Both the position numbers and the translations under genes were made by a program. The notes under the pieces were generated by a model. The model was not told where the DNA came from. It saw only the letters and a list, made by a program, of their open reading frames with translations, and searched no databases. 64,000 bases of DNA from Clostridia bacterium. GTDB taxonomy: Bacteria > Bacillota > Clostridia > Oscillospirales > CAG-272. Below, one piece after another: positions 1 to 9,326 of the stretch. The stretch spans positions 19,010-83,009 of the forward strand of contig JAFQVV010000012.1 of NCBI GenBank assembly GCA_017407835.1, written 5' to 3'. Within the stretch, counting starts at the first letter, position 1. Every line of letters begins with the position of its first letter.

Positions 1-773
1 CCTGCGCCGTCTCGGCCAAGGCTATGGAGGAGTACCGCATCGCCGATGCGCTGACCGCCATCTTCGAGATGCTCCGCCGAGCCAATAAATATATTGATGA
101 AACCACTCCCTGGGCGCTGGCCAAGGAGGAAGAGAAGCGCGAGCGCCTGGGCACCGTGCTCTACAATCTGCTTGAGACCATCCGCTGGGGTGCCGTTCTG
201 CTGACGCCCTTCATTCCCGAAGGCGCCGCCGCCATCTTCGAGCAGCTGGGCAATGTTCCCGCCGATTATGCCACCATCGGCACCGCAGATCTCTTCTGCG
301 GCATGAAGGCCGGCGAGAAGACCGGTGCATCCCGCGTGCTCTACGCCCGCATCGACGAGGCAAAGAAACTGGCCGAAATCGAGGCCGCACGCGCCGCTGC
401 CGAGGCAGCCAAGGCGGCGGCTGAAGCCAAGCCCGAGAAGCCCGAGGGCATCGCCCAGATCGGCATCGAGGACTTTATGAATGTGGAGCTCCGCACCGCA
501 AAGGTGCTGGCCTGCGAGCCGGTGAAGAAGGCAAAGAAGCTGCTGAAGCTGCAGATCGACCTGGGCTACGAGCAGAGACAGGTGGTGTCGGGCATTGCCA
601 AGTGGTACACCCCCGACGACCTCATCGGCAAGAAGATCATCATCGTGGCAAACCTCAAGCCCGCCACCCTCTGCGGGGTGGAGAGCAACGGCATGATCCT
701 GGCCTCCGGCGAGGAAAATGTCCGGGTGGTTTTCCTTGATCCCGAGACTCCTCTGGGTGAGCGTGTCAGATGA
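1..773 (+). CDS. metG: methionine--tRNA ligase, C-terminal portion (5' end outside window)
   Basis: Frame is open from the window edge. Translation shows the anticodon-binding helical region (EEYRIADAL..IDETTPWALAK), an Ala/Glu/Lys linker, then an EMAP/Trbp111-type tRNA-binding OB domain (IEDFMNVELRTAKV..IIIVANLKPATLCGVESNGMILA). Stop overlaps the next start (ATGA). Confidence 0.85.
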   Translation, partial: CAVSAKAMEEYRIADALTAIFEMLRRANKYIDETTPWALAKEEEKRERLGTVLYNLLETIRWGAVLLTPFIPEGAAAIFEQLGNVPADYATIGTADLFCGMKAGEKTGASRVLYARIDEAKKLAEIEAARAAAEAAKAAAEAKPEKPEGIAQIGIEDFMNVELRTAKVLACEPVKKAKKLLKLQIDLGYEQRQVVSGIAKWYTPDDLIGKKIIIVANLKPATLCGVESNGMILASGEENVRVVFLDPETPLGERVR

Positions 774-1573
774 AGCTGACCGATACCCACGCCCATTATT
801 GCGACAGTTGGTTCACCGCCCCTGAAACGCCCGAACAGCCATATGAGAAAATCCTCGACGAGCTGCTCGGGGAGGGCGGGGAATTGGAGGCGGTCGTCAA
901 TGTTGCCACCACCCCCGACAATGCGGTGATCACCCTCCGGCAAGCGCACCGTTGGGACAAGATGTATGCTGCTGTTGGCATTCACCCCACCGACTGTCAG
1001 CTCTATGCCGATCCCGTATCAGAGCTTGACCGCCTGCGTCCCATGCTGGATGCCGCGCGGGAAAATAAGATTGTGGCGCTGGGGGAGATCGGCCTGGATT
1101 ATCACTACGATGATACCGACCGAGAAAAACAGCGCGCGGTTTTCGCTGCACAGCTGGAGATGGCGGAAGAATATGACCTGCCCGTTATCCTCCACAGCCG
1201 TGATGCAACGGGAGAATGTGTGGATATGATTCGCGCACATCCCCATGTCCGTGGCGTGTTCCACGCCTACGGCGGCAGTGTGGAGACGGCGGAGGAATTG
1301 GTCGCGCGGGGCTGGTATCTGGGCTTGGGCGGGGTAATTACCTTCCCAACCGCCAAGCGAATTCGCCGCGTTGCGGCTGCTCTCCCCCTTGATCGCATCC
1401 TTCTGGAAACCGATTGCCCCTATACCGCGCCCGAGCCCTTTCGCGGGACGCGCAACCATTCGGGGCTGATTTCCCGCACCGCCGAAATGCTTGCTGAGCT
1501 GAAAGGAATGGCAGTTGAGGAAATTGCTGTCATTACGTCGACAAATGCCGGCAAATTTTTCTCTTTTTTGTGA
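770..1573 (+). CDS. TatD-family metal-dependent hydrolase (YabD-like)
   Basis: 267 aa. Has the N-terminal DTHAH motif, GEIGLDYHY, HSRDA and LLETDCPY motifs typical of TatD DNases. 4-nt overlap with metG, the common Firmicute metG-yabD arrangement. Confidence 0.85.
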   Translation: MKLTDTHAHYCDSWFTAPETPEQPYEKILDELLGEGGELEAVVNVATTPDNAVITLRQAHRWDKMYAAVGIHPTDCQLYADPVSELDRLRPMLDAARENKIVALGEIGLDYHYDDTDREKQRAVFAAQLEMAEEYDLPVILHSRDATGECVDMIRAHPHVRGVFHAYGGSVETAEELVARGWYLGLGGVITFPTAKRIRRVAAALPLDRILLETDCPYTAPEPFRGTRNHSGLISRTAEMLAELKGMAVEEIAVITSTNAGKFFSFL

Positions 1574-1590
1574 CTTTTTCGAAAAAATGA

Positions 1591-1619
1591 TTGACAAAAT
1601 CAGAAAAGTCAGGTATACT
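1591..1619 (+). promoter_or_regulatory. sigma-A-type promoter of the SLH protein gene
   Basis: TTGACA, 17-nt spacer, TATACT, about 55 nt upstream of the ATG. Confidence 0.65.
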
Positions 1620-1675
1620 CTATGTTGGGCAGAAGTCCCATTGGGACGAAAATTTTATTTTAGGAGAGTGAATGT

Positions 1676-4600
1676 ATGTTGAAGAGAGTATTGGCGTCTG
1701 TCTTGACAGTTCTTATGCTCTTGACCGTTATTCCCGCAGCGTCGATTTCAGCGGCAACTTTGCCGTTGTATTCGCAAAATCTTACTTATGAGTACTACAT
1801 GAACGACAACAACGGTGTTACATGGTACTTGGTGTTTAACAACTGGTATTTCAAATATGGAGTGAGTATTTCGGACAGTACGACCGATTATTTGAAGCTG
1901 CAGAGCGGCATTTCTCTGCCGACTTCCGGTACGGTATATGTTGCCGATACCAAAACACCGCAGGCACTGTTCCAATACAGCGAAGCAGGTGGATGGCAAT
2001 ATAAGTATTCCATCGGTACAAGCGCAGGTGGTTCGACGATTCTTCCCGGCATGGGGACCACAGATTCGTATATCATGATTGACAACAATTCTTGTTATTG
2101 GCGCAGCACCATGGGTTCTTGGCAGTATATGAAGGATAACTTTTGGACTACCGGAACATTGGACGATTATCTGGCAGATAACGATAACAAGTATCCGACC
2201 AGCGGTACGGTATTTTCCTCCGACGGGAAGACGTTGATTGGTTATTCCACCTTCAATGAAGAAACCAAAAAGTGGTCCGCTGTATCAACCGGCGGAAACA
2301 TGGGCGGCATCGTTGACAGTACGATTGCGTCGTATACGATTATCGATAACCGCATGGTCAACTGGACCTGCTACTCCGGTGTGTGGATTTGCACGCTGTA
2401 TGTCAACAATCAGCCTGTAACCGCTACGGTTTCGGATTATTACGATTATTATAGCGAATATCCGCAGTGGGGTACTGCCATCAATTCCAAAAATGAAACA
2501 GTTGCAAACTGTGTTTTTGATGAAACCACTAAGACATGGAAGTATACAACCTCCGGCTCGCAGGGCGGTACAGGTTCCTTGGTGTACGAATATATTGTAG
2601 ACAATAATAACGCTACTTGGGTTACTCAGAATGGCGAGTGGAAGTATGCTTCGCTTTCGGGCGGTACACTTGTATACAAGGGAATTGTTGAATATTATCT
2701 TGTCTACAAAACTTATCCTCAGACCGGACGCGCAATGGATGCAAATGGCAACGCGGTTGCCGAGGTGGTTTTCGATACCACTACTCTCTCATGGACGATC
2801 AAGGGTACAACAGGAATCGTCGGCAGTTACTATTTGCTTGATAACAACGGAGAGCGTTGGTACTATGCGAACTCCAGTTGGATCTGGGCCTCTGCCACGA
2901 CGACCAATTTTATCCTTGAATATGTGATGAAGTACGGCTATCCCTTCAGCGGTACAGTCTATACAGAGAACGGCAGTGTTGTCGGTACTTATGTCTTTAA
3001 TACAGAGACAAACACTTGGGGATCGCTGAGCAATTCGGTTGTTCCTGACATTGGCAACGGTGGTGGTACAGGAAGTGGTACAGGAAGCGGTACGGGAACC
3101 AATTCCAACCAGGGCTATGCATGCGGTACTGCTTCCAATCCCAACATAGTCACCAGCGTCTATGATGTCAATAACTATCTCTGGACAAAGAATGGTACCA
3201 CTTGGTATTCAGCACATTCCTCGAAGTATTCCTTTAGTAATCCTGCAGTTTATATTGACTCTACCAACCGTGTTTGGGAGATGCGCGATGGCCGCTGGGT
3301 TGTCAATGCCTATGCTGATGCAGAGGATTATATTGTCATTCCTTCTACCTCGACCGATCCCAATAAGCTTTCTACTTTGGTGGATACCAATACCTATACA
3401 TGGACAAAATCCGGCAATACTTGGAACTCCAACGCTGCACTGTATTATACGGTAACAGGCACGCTGCCTCAGTACAAGGCAGAGGACGGAACACTGTGGA
3501 CGCTCCAGAACAATGTTTGGGTTAAGGGTTCCGGTTCTACCGGTACAGGTACCGGTACAGGTACCGGTACGGGAACCACAACACCGTCTGATTCTGTTTA
3601 TGGATATACCACATATGTTTTCGACGGAAAAACCTACCTTGTGCCCAACCATACCATTGAGCTTGTGCCCAGTCCCACGACCATGCCCTACAAGCCCGAT
3701 GGATATATGTGGGTAAATATCAACAATAAATATACGCTGATGACGCTGGAAGGCGATGTTTATCCGATTCCCACCCTGTATCAGCTGCCGACAGGTTACT
3801 ATTATTATCCGACCGGCGATGCAGAACAGCCCTGGACCATTATCGGTACCGGTGATTTTGTGAAATCTACCATTACCGACATTGAGCTGACCGACTATCC
3901 CTACAAGCTCGAAGTTGGAAAGAGCTACCAGTGCAAGGCAGATGTCGAAGCGACCGCAACGAATGATATAGGTACCGTTGTTATCTGGAGCTCCTCCGAT
4001 ACAGATGTTGCGACAGTCGATCAGAACGGTGTTGTCACCATCGTTGGTGTAGGCCGAGCTGATATCAAGGTTCGTGCATTTATGGGCTTTGTTGAAGCTA
4101 CGATCGATATCTATGGTATTGAGAGCAAGGAGCCTTCTACTCCTGTCATTCCTGATACGCCTGTTATTCCCGATACGCCTGTCGTTCCCGATGAACCCGC
4201 TACTACTCCCGTTTCCGAGAAGTACAGCGATGTCAGTGCCGATGCACCTTATGCTGAGTACATTCAGTATGTTGTAGACAATGACATCTTCAAGGGTATG
4301 ACTGACGAGTACATCGACGAAAACGGCAACACGGTTCTTGCAACCTTCTCGCCCGAAGGCACCATGACGCGTGCACAGTTCTACACGGTGCTTGCTCGCA
4401 TTGCAGGTTATACCGATGAAGAGCTGAAGGCACAGTATCCCACAACCCACTTTGTTGACTGTCAGGATAAGTGGTTCACTTCCGCAGTCGCATGGGCTTA
4501 CGAAACCGGTTTGGAAAGCGGTCCCGGTGCATATCAGGTGCTCGATGCAAACGGCAACCCTGTCTATGACGAAAATGGCTCCAGCGTTTGGGTAGAAGGT

Positions 4601-4888
4601 GGATTCAATCCTGATGGAATGATCAGACGCGAGGATGCTGTTGCTGCTATCTTCCTGGTTGCACAGAAGTTCCACAAGGTTTACTTCAACCAGCCCTACA
4701 GCATTACCTTCGCCGATGCAGGTGAAGTCAACTGGTGGGCACAGGTCGCAGTTTCCAGCTTCCAGCAGTTGGATATCCTGTCCGGGCATATTATCGACAG
4801 CGGCAACAACTTCCGCCCCGATGATCCCGCAACCCGTTCGGATATTGCAACCATTATCGCTCGCTACGCAATGCTTTATATGGACTGA
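1676..4888 (+). CDS. secreted SLH-anchored cell-wall protein with Trp-rich repeat modules and a Big_2-like domain (1070 aa)
   Basis: AGGAGAG RBS lies 7 nt upstream. Signal peptide MLKRVLASVLTVLMLLTVIPAASISA. Nine copies of a (D/N)xN..W-x5-6-W unit, two (Gly-Thr)n linkers, a Big_2-like segment (VVIWSSSDTDVATVDQNGVVTIVGVGRADIKV), a PVIPDT x3 linker and three C-terminal SLH repeats (YSDVSADAPYAEYIQYVV.., HFVDCQDKWFTSAVAWAYE.., FADAGEVNWWAQVAVSSFQ..). Confidence 0.8.
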   Translation: MLKRVLASVLTVLMLLTVIPAASISAATLPLYSQNLTYEYYMNDNNGVTWYLVFNNWYFKYGVSISDSTTDYLKLQSGISLPTSGTVYVADTKTPQALFQYSEAGGWQYKYSIGTSAGGSTILPGMGTTDSYIMIDNNSCYWRSTMGSWQYMKDNFWTTGTLDDYLADNDNKYPTSGTVFSSDGKTLIGYSTFNEETKKWSAVSTGGNMGGIVDSTIASYTIIDNRMVNWTCYSGVWICTLYVNNQPVTATVSDYYDYYSEYPQWGTAINSKNETVANCVFDETTKTWKYTTSGSQGGTGSLVYEYIVDNNNATWVTQNGEWKYASLSGGTLVYKGIVEYYLVYKTYPQTGRAMDANGNAVAEVVFDTTTLSWTIKGTTGIVGSYYLLDNNGERWYYANSSWIWASATTTNFILEYVMKYGYPFSGTVYTENGSVVGTYVFNTETNTWGSLSNSVVPDIGNGGGTGSGTGSGTGTNSNQGYACGTASNPNIVTSVYDVNNYLWTKNGTTWYSAHSSKYSFSNPAVYIDSTNRVWEMRDGRWVVNAYADAEDYIVIPSTSTDPNKLSTLVDTNTYTWTKSGNTWNSNAALYYTVTGTLPQYKAEDGTLWTLQNNVWVKGSGSTGTGTGTGTGTGTTTPSDSVYGYTTYVFDGKTYLVPNHTIELVPSPTTMPYKPDGYMWVNINNKYTLMTLEGDVYPIPTLYQLPTGYYYYPTGDAEQPWTIIGTGDFVKSTITDIELTDYPYKLEVGKSYQCKADVEATATNDIGTVVIWSSSDTDVATVDQNGVVTIVGVGRADIKVRAFMGFVEATIDIYGIESKEPSTPVIPDTPVIPDTPVVPDEPATTPVSEKYSDVSADAPYAEYIQYVVDNDIFKGMTDEYIDENGNTVLATFSPEGTMTRAQFYTVLARIAGYTDEELKAQYPTTHFVDCQDKWFTSAVAWAYETGLESGPGAYQVLDANGNPVYDENGSSVWVEGGFNPDGMIRREDAVAAIFLVAQKFHKVYFNQPYSITFADAGEVNWWAQVAVSSFQQLDILSGHIIDSGNNFRPDDPATRSDIATIIARYAMLYMD
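3065..3100 (+). repeat. in-frame (GGT ACN GGA AGY)-type Gly-Thr/Gly-Ser tandem repeat (linker 1 of the SLH protein)
   Basis: ggtacaggaagt ggtacaggaagc ggtacgggaacc encodes GTGSGTGSGTGT. Confidence 0.8.
3527..3577 (+). repeat. in-frame (GGT ACN)n Gly-Thr dipeptide tandem repeat (linker 2 of the SLH protein)
   Basis: ggttccggttct acc ggtaca ggtacc ggtaca ggtacc ggtacg ggaacc encodes GSGSTGTGTGTGTGTGT. Confidence 0.8.
4142..4195 (+). repeat. three tandem 18-bp repeats encoding PV(I/V)PD(T/E)
   Basis: cctgtcattcctgatacg / cctgttattcccgatacg / cctgtcgttcccgatgaa. This is the linker between the Big_2-like domain and the SLH repeats. Confidence 0.85.
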
Positions 4889-4896
4889 TTTAACTC

Positions 4897-4930
4897 AATC
4901 GGCCGTCCGAAAGGACGGCCGATTTCTTTA
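4897..4930 (+). terminator. rho-independent terminator after the SLH protein gene
   Basis: aatcggccgtcc-gaaa-ggacggccgatt followed by tcttta. Confidence 0.75.
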
Positions 4931-5082
4931 CATTAAAACGTCTATGAAATTTTAACAAAAAAATATAACAAATTTCGGAAAAACTATTTATTTTTTCTTT
5001 TGCGTGTGGTATAATAAAGATGGCGGGAGAGATTGCTGATGCAACCGCCCCGCCATAACTTCAAGGAAAAGGTGGTATTGGA

Positions 5083-5601
5083 ATGAAAATTACAATCGTC
5101 GGCAGACAACTCAATGTCAGAGAAGACCAACGCATGATGGTCGAAAAAAAGCTTGCCAAATTTGACAAGTTTTTCGGTGACGAGGCATCCGCAGTCGTTA
5201 CCTTCAGCTGTAAGCGCAACAACAAAACGCTGGAAGTAACCATTACCGAGGGTGCAATGATCTGCCGTGCCGAGGCCGAAGAAGAGACCTTCCAGATCGC
5301 CCTTGACCGCACGATGGAGGCAATTGAGCGTCAGCTTCGCAAGAACAAAACACGTCTGGAAAAACGTCTGCGCAGCGGAGCATTTGTTTCCGAATACCCC
5401 GAGGAAGAGGTGGAGGAGGAGCCCGAATTCCGCATCCGCACAAAGACCTTTAACCTCAAGCCGATGTCGATCGAAGAGGCAATCCTGCAGATGAATCTGC
5501 TCGGTCATCAGTTCTTCGTTTTTATCAACGATGCAACCAATAAGACCAGCGTTGTCTATTGCCGCAAGGATGGCGACTATGGTTTGATCGAGCCAGAATA
5601 A
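5083..5601 (+). CDS. hpf: ribosome hibernation promoting factor, long form
   Basis: 172 aa. N-terminal S30AE/RaiA fold signature (MKITIVGRQLNV..EKKLAKFDKFF) plus the C-terminal dimerisation domain (FNLKPMSIEEAILQMNLLGHQFFVFIN). GGTGG RBS upstream and a terminator downstream. Confidence 0.9.
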   Translation: MKITIVGRQLNVREDQRMMVEKKLAKFDKFFGDEASAVVTFSCKRNNKTLEVTITEGAMICRAEAEEETFQIALDRTMEAIERQLRKNKTRLEKRLRSGAFVSEYPEEEVEEEPEFRIRTKTFNLKPMSIEEAILQMNLLGHQFFVFINDATNKTSVVYCRKDGDYGLIEPE

Positions 5602-5622
5602 TACGACGAAATCAATTGTCGT

Positions 5623-5652
5623 GGGGCGCGCAGTTTGCGCGCCCCCTTTTTT
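5623..5652 (+). terminator. rho-independent terminator after hpf
   Basis: GC-rich stem ggggcgcgc / gcgcgcccc followed by cttttttat. Confidence 0.8.
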
Positions 5653-5755
5653 ATACGCGGACAATCTCTTTGACGGAAACAAAGCGCGAAACTTTACCAT
5701 TTTGCATAAATCTCACAAAATGCAGCCGATCAAATGAAAAATTGCAAATAAAGGG

Positions 5756-5784
5756 TTGATTTGTGGAGCGAAGTGTGATATAAT
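5756..5784 (+). promoter_or_regulatory. sigma-A-type promoter of asd
   Basis: TTGATT, 17-nt spacer, TATAAT, with an extended -10 TG (tgaTATAAT). Confidence 0.65.
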
Positions 5785-5873
5785 GCATCTATATTTCATC
5801 GTTCATGCGAAATGCGGAACGATTCACCTGTAATCAATAATAAAATTATATACAGAAAACGGAGTGAAGATTG

Positions 5874-6959
5874 ATGAACGCAAAGAAAAGAGTCGGTGTT
5901 GTTGGCGCAACGGGTATGGTCGGTCAGCGCTTTCTCACCCTGCTCGAAAACCATCCCTATTTTGAAGTAACTGCACTTGCAGCCAGCGCACGCTCGGCCG
6001 GCCGTACCTACGCAGACGCTGTAGGCGGACGGTGGAAAATGAAGACTCCCATGCCCGCGTGCTATGCCGATATGATTGTGCACGATGCCGCCAAGATCGA
6101 CGAAATGGCTGAGCTGGTGGATTTCGTTTTCTGCGCCGTGGATATGAAAAAGGACGAGGTTAAGGCGCTGGAGGAGGCATACGCCAAGGCTGAGATTCCC
6201 GTGGTTTCCAACAATTCTGCACACCGCTGGACTCCCGATGTGCCCATGGTGGTGCCGGAGCTCAACCCCGAGCACCTGGCTGTTATTGCAAGCCAGCGCA
6301 AGCGTCTGGGCACCAAGCGCGGCTTCATCGCCGTTAAGCCCAACTGCTCCATCCAGAGCTATGTCCCCATGCTCACCCCCCTGCTCAAGTACGAGCCTAC
6401 CGAGATCGTGGCTACCACCTACCAGGCTATTTCCGGTGCCGGCAAGACCTTCAACGAGTGGCCCGAGATGATCGACAACGTCATCCCCTTCATCGGCGGC
6501 GAGGAAGAGAAGAGCGAGCAGGAGCCCCTGCGCATTTGGGGTAAGGTGGAGAACGGCGAGATCGTCAAGGCTGCCGCCCCCGTGATCACCACCCAGTGCA
6601 TCCGCGTTCCCGTGACCGATGGTCATACTGCGGCTGTCTTTGTGAAGTTTGCCAAGAAGCCGACCAAGGAGGAGATCCTGGATGCCTGGAAGAACTTCGC
6701 CGGCCGTCCTCAGGAGCTGAAGCTCCCCCATGCACCCGAGCAGTTCATTACTTATTTTGAGGAAGATAACCGTCCTCAGGCCGCCATCGACCGCGACATT
6801 TACGGCGGTATGGGCGTTACCGCAGGTCGTCTCCGTGAGGATCCCGCAGGGCTTTACGACTACAAATTTGTGGGTCTCTCCCACAATACCCTCCGCGGTG
6901 CCGCAGGCGGTGCTGTGCTGATCGCAGAGCTGCTTTACGCCGAAGGCTACTTTGATTGA
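5874..6959 (+). CDS. asd: aspartate-semialdehyde dehydrogenase
   Basis: Starts KKRVGVVGATGMVGQRF (NAD(P) Rossmann), has the catalytic-Cys region (KPNCSIQ) and ends LSHNTLRGAAGGAVL. ATG at 5874 is preferred over the TTG at 5871 used by the ORF track (GGAG 9 nt upstream). Confidence 0.9.
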   Translation: MNAKKRVGVVGATGMVGQRFLTLLENHPYFEVTALAASARSAGRTYADAVGGRWKMKTPMPACYADMIVHDAAKIDEMAELVDFVFCAVDMKKDEVKALEEAYAKAEIPVVSNNSAHRWTPDVPMVVPELNPEHLAVIASQRKRLGTKRGFIAVKPNCSIQSYVPMLTPLLKYEPTEIVATTYQAISGAGKTFNEWPEMIDNVIPFIGGEEEKSEQEPLRIWGKVENGEIVKAAAPVITTQCIRVPVTDGHTAAVFVKFAKKPTKEEILDAWKNFAGRPQELKLPHAPEQFITYFEEDNRPQAAIDRDIYGGMGVTAGRLREDPAGLYDYKFVGLSHNTLRGAAGGAVLIAELLYAEGYFD

Positions 6960-6985
6960 TATCGTAAAATTAAGCATAATTTTTG

Positions 6986-7023
6986 ACAGCGAGGAAAACA
7001 AATCGTTTTCCTCGCTGTTTTTG
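6986..7023 (+). terminator. rho-independent terminator after asd
   Basis: acagcgaggaaaac-aaatc-gttttcctcgctgt followed by ttttt. Confidence 0.85.
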
Positions 7024-7101
7024 GCATGGGAATTGGTGAAATTGCACAAAAAGGAGGGGGCGATTTCTCTGATTTGACAGGAAAAAAGTCGCAAAGAATG
7101 C

Positions 7102-7130
7102 TTGCAATTTGGAAGGGTTTGCGGTATAAT
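7102..7130 (+). promoter_or_regulatory. sigma-A-type promoter of the EF-G paralogue
   Basis: TTGCAA, 17-nt spacer, TATAAT. Confidence 0.65.
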
Positions 7131-7246
7131 AAAATATGGTATCGTGATTTTGTACAGAACAAAATGAACGTTATCTTCGTTTATTATATTATTCTACAAG
7201 AAAGGATATTCTGCGAAGCGTGTTTCGCAGAATGGGTACGCACATC

Positions 7247-9313
7247 ATGGGAAAACAAGAAACGAAAAAGATTCGTAATGTCGCGCTTCTGGGCCACGGC
7301 GGCAGCGGTAAAACTTCGCTGGCTGAGGCAATGCTCTACATCAGCGACGGCACCGATCGTCTCGGAAAGACCCCGGATGGCAACACGGTGTGCGACTACG
7401 ACAGTGAAGAAATCAAGCGTGGCTTCTCGCTGCAGACAGCCATTGCCCCGATTAACTGGAAAGATGTTAAGATCAATGTCATTGACACCCCCGGTTATCT
7501 CGATTTCTCCGGTGAGGTTGCACAGGGCCTGCGTGTTGCAGACAGTGCAGTTATCGTGATCGACGGTAAGTCGGGTATCGAGGTTGGTACCGAGCTGGCT
7601 TGGGACTATGCCACTGAGGCCGGTATTCCGAAGGCTTTCTTTATCAATAAGTTTGACGACGGCGAGGCTCGCTTCCGCCGTGTGTTTGACCAGCTTCATG
7701 AGCGCTTCGGCGTGTCTGTCTGCCCCATCGTTATCCCGATGATCGACGGCGACACCGTTACCGCATTCCTGGATCTGATCGACATGAAGAGCTATACCTA
7801 CAACTCCAAGGGCGGCTACGGCGAGGCTGAGATTCCCTCCGCATTCGTTGCCGAGGCAGAGAAGTACCGCGAGGTGCTTTACGAGGCAATTGCTTCCACC
7901 GACGAGGCTCTGATGGAGAAGTTCTTCGGCGGTGAGGAGATCTCCCGCGAAGAAGCTGTGCTGGCTATCCATGAGGGTATCCTCCACGGCGCCATCGTTC
8001 CCGTTATCTGCGGTGCCGCAACCCGTCTGTGGGGCGTGGGCAACCTGCTGGATATCATCGACGAGTCTTTCCCCCGCCATACCGCCAAGGGAAGCGAGAA
8101 GATCGTTGTGGGCGATAAGATCGAAGAGCTGCCCATTGAGACCGATGGTACGCCGTCTATCTTCGTCTTCAAGACCATCGCTGACCCGTTCGTGGGTAAA
8201 ATGTCCTTCTTCAAGGTCATGGCAGGTGAGCTGAAGCGGGATACCATCCTCAAGAACATGACCTCCGGTCAGTCCGAGAAGCTGTCCCACATCTACGTCA
8301 TGAAGGGCAAGAAGCAGATGGAGGTTGAGCAGCTCAACTGCGGCGATATCGGTATGGTGGCTAAGCTGGTGAACACAAACACCAACGATACCCTGACTGC
8401 CGGCGGTGTGGTCCGCTATGCGCCCATCACCTATCCTCAGCCCTATATGAGCATGGCGGTTATGCCCGCAGCCAAGGGTGACGAGGACAAGATCTCGGGC
8501 GGTATCGCACGCCTGCTTGAGGAAGACCTCACCCTGAAGTTTGAGAACAACGCCGAGACCAAGCAGCTGGTGCTGTCGGGTATGGGTGATATGCATCTGG
8601 ATGTTACGGTTGCCAAGCTGAAGAGCCGCTCCAACGTCTCGGTTAAGCTGGTTGCTCCGAAGATCCCCTACCGTGAAACCATTACCAAGACCGTTCAGGT
8701 CGAAGGTAAGCATAAGAAGCAGTCGGGCGGTCACGGCCAGTACGGTCATGTTAAGATTACCTTCAAGCCCGGCGAGGCTGAGGGCCTGACCTTCACCGAG
8801 TCCACCGTGGGCGGTTCCGTACCGAAGAACTTCCATCCTGCTGTTGAGAAGGGCTTGCTTGAGGCCATGCAGAAGGGCGTTGCGGGTTATCCCGTTGTTC
8901 GCCTTGCCGCTGATCTGTACGACGGCTCCTACCACGACGTTGACTCCTCCGAGATGTCCTTCAAGATGGCTGCATCCCTTGCGTACAAGGAGTGCCTGAA
9001 GCAAGCGAAGCCGGTTATCCTTGAGCCGGTTGGCGCACTCTATGTCACCGTTCCCGAGTCCATGGTGGGTGACGTTATGGGCGATCTGAACAAGCGTCGC
9101 GGTCGCGTTATGGGTATGAATCCCGCTGAGAAGAAGGGCTACACCGTGGTCGAGGCTGAGGTGCCGAAGGCTGAGATGATGGACTACACCATCGCACTCC
9201 GCGCTTCCACTCAGGGCCGCGGAAGCTTCACGTATGAGTTCGTGCGCTATGAAGAGGTTCCCTCCAACGTGGCACAGAAGATCATTGCCGAGGCCGAAAA
9301 GGACGAGGACTAA
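7247..9313 (+). CDS. EF-G family translational GTPase paralogue
   Basis: G1 reads GHGGSGKT, where canonical EF-G has AHIDAGKT. G3 is DTPG and G4 is NKFD, followed by EF-G domains II-V (HGQYGHV.., EPV..V.VP..MGDVMGDLNKRRG). Start is uncertain among 7220 GTG, 7232 ATG and 7247 ATG; none has a good SD. Confidence 0.8.
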   Translation: MGKQETKKIRNVALLGHGGSGKTSLAEAMLYISDGTDRLGKTPDGNTVCDYDSEEIKRGFSLQTAIAPINWKDVKINVIDTPGYLDFSGEVAQGLRVADSAVIVIDGKSGIEVGTELAWDYATEAGIPKAFFINKFDDGEARFRRVFDQLHERFGVSVCPIVIPMIDGDTVTAFLDLIDMKSYTYNSKGGYGEAEIPSAFVAEAEKYREVLYEAIASTDEALMEKFFGGEEISREEAVLAIHEGILHGAIVPVICGAATRLWGVGNLLDIIDESFPRHTAKGSEKIVVGDKIEELPIETDGTPSIFVFKTIADPFVGKMSFFKVMAGELKRDTILKNMTSGQSEKLSHIYVMKGKKQMEVEQLNCGDIGMVAKLVNTNTNDTLTAGGVVRYAPITYPQPYMSMAVMPAAKGDEDKISGGIARLLEEDLTLKFENNAETKQLVLSGMGDMHLDVTVAKLKSRSNVSVKLVAPKIPYRETITKTVQVEGKHKKQSGGHGQYGHVKITFKPGEAEGLTFTESTVGGSVPKNFHPAVEKGLLEAMQKGVAGYPVVRLAADLYDGSYHDVDSSEMSFKMAASLAYKECLKQAKPVILEPVGALYVTVPESMVGDVMGDLNKRRGRVMGMNPAEKKGYTVVEAEVPKAEMMDYTIALRASTQGRGSFTYEFVRYEEVPSNVAQKIIAEAEKDED

Positions 9314-9326
9314 TTTCACAAGAGAC

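Noticed and set aside
3065-4195. Short tandem DNA repeats, checked as possible CRISPR or VNTR elements
   Set aside because: All are in frame inside the SLH protein gene and encode Gly-Thr or PVIPDT linkers. There is no repeat-spacer architecture. They are recorded only as coding repeats.
3209-4789. 526-aa ORF antisense to the SLH protein gene
   Set aside because: It lies entirely inside a gene with clear signal peptide, Big_2 and SLH features. The translation is Cys/Gly/Ile/Arg-rich nonsense with no motif and no RBS, so it is a frame shadow.
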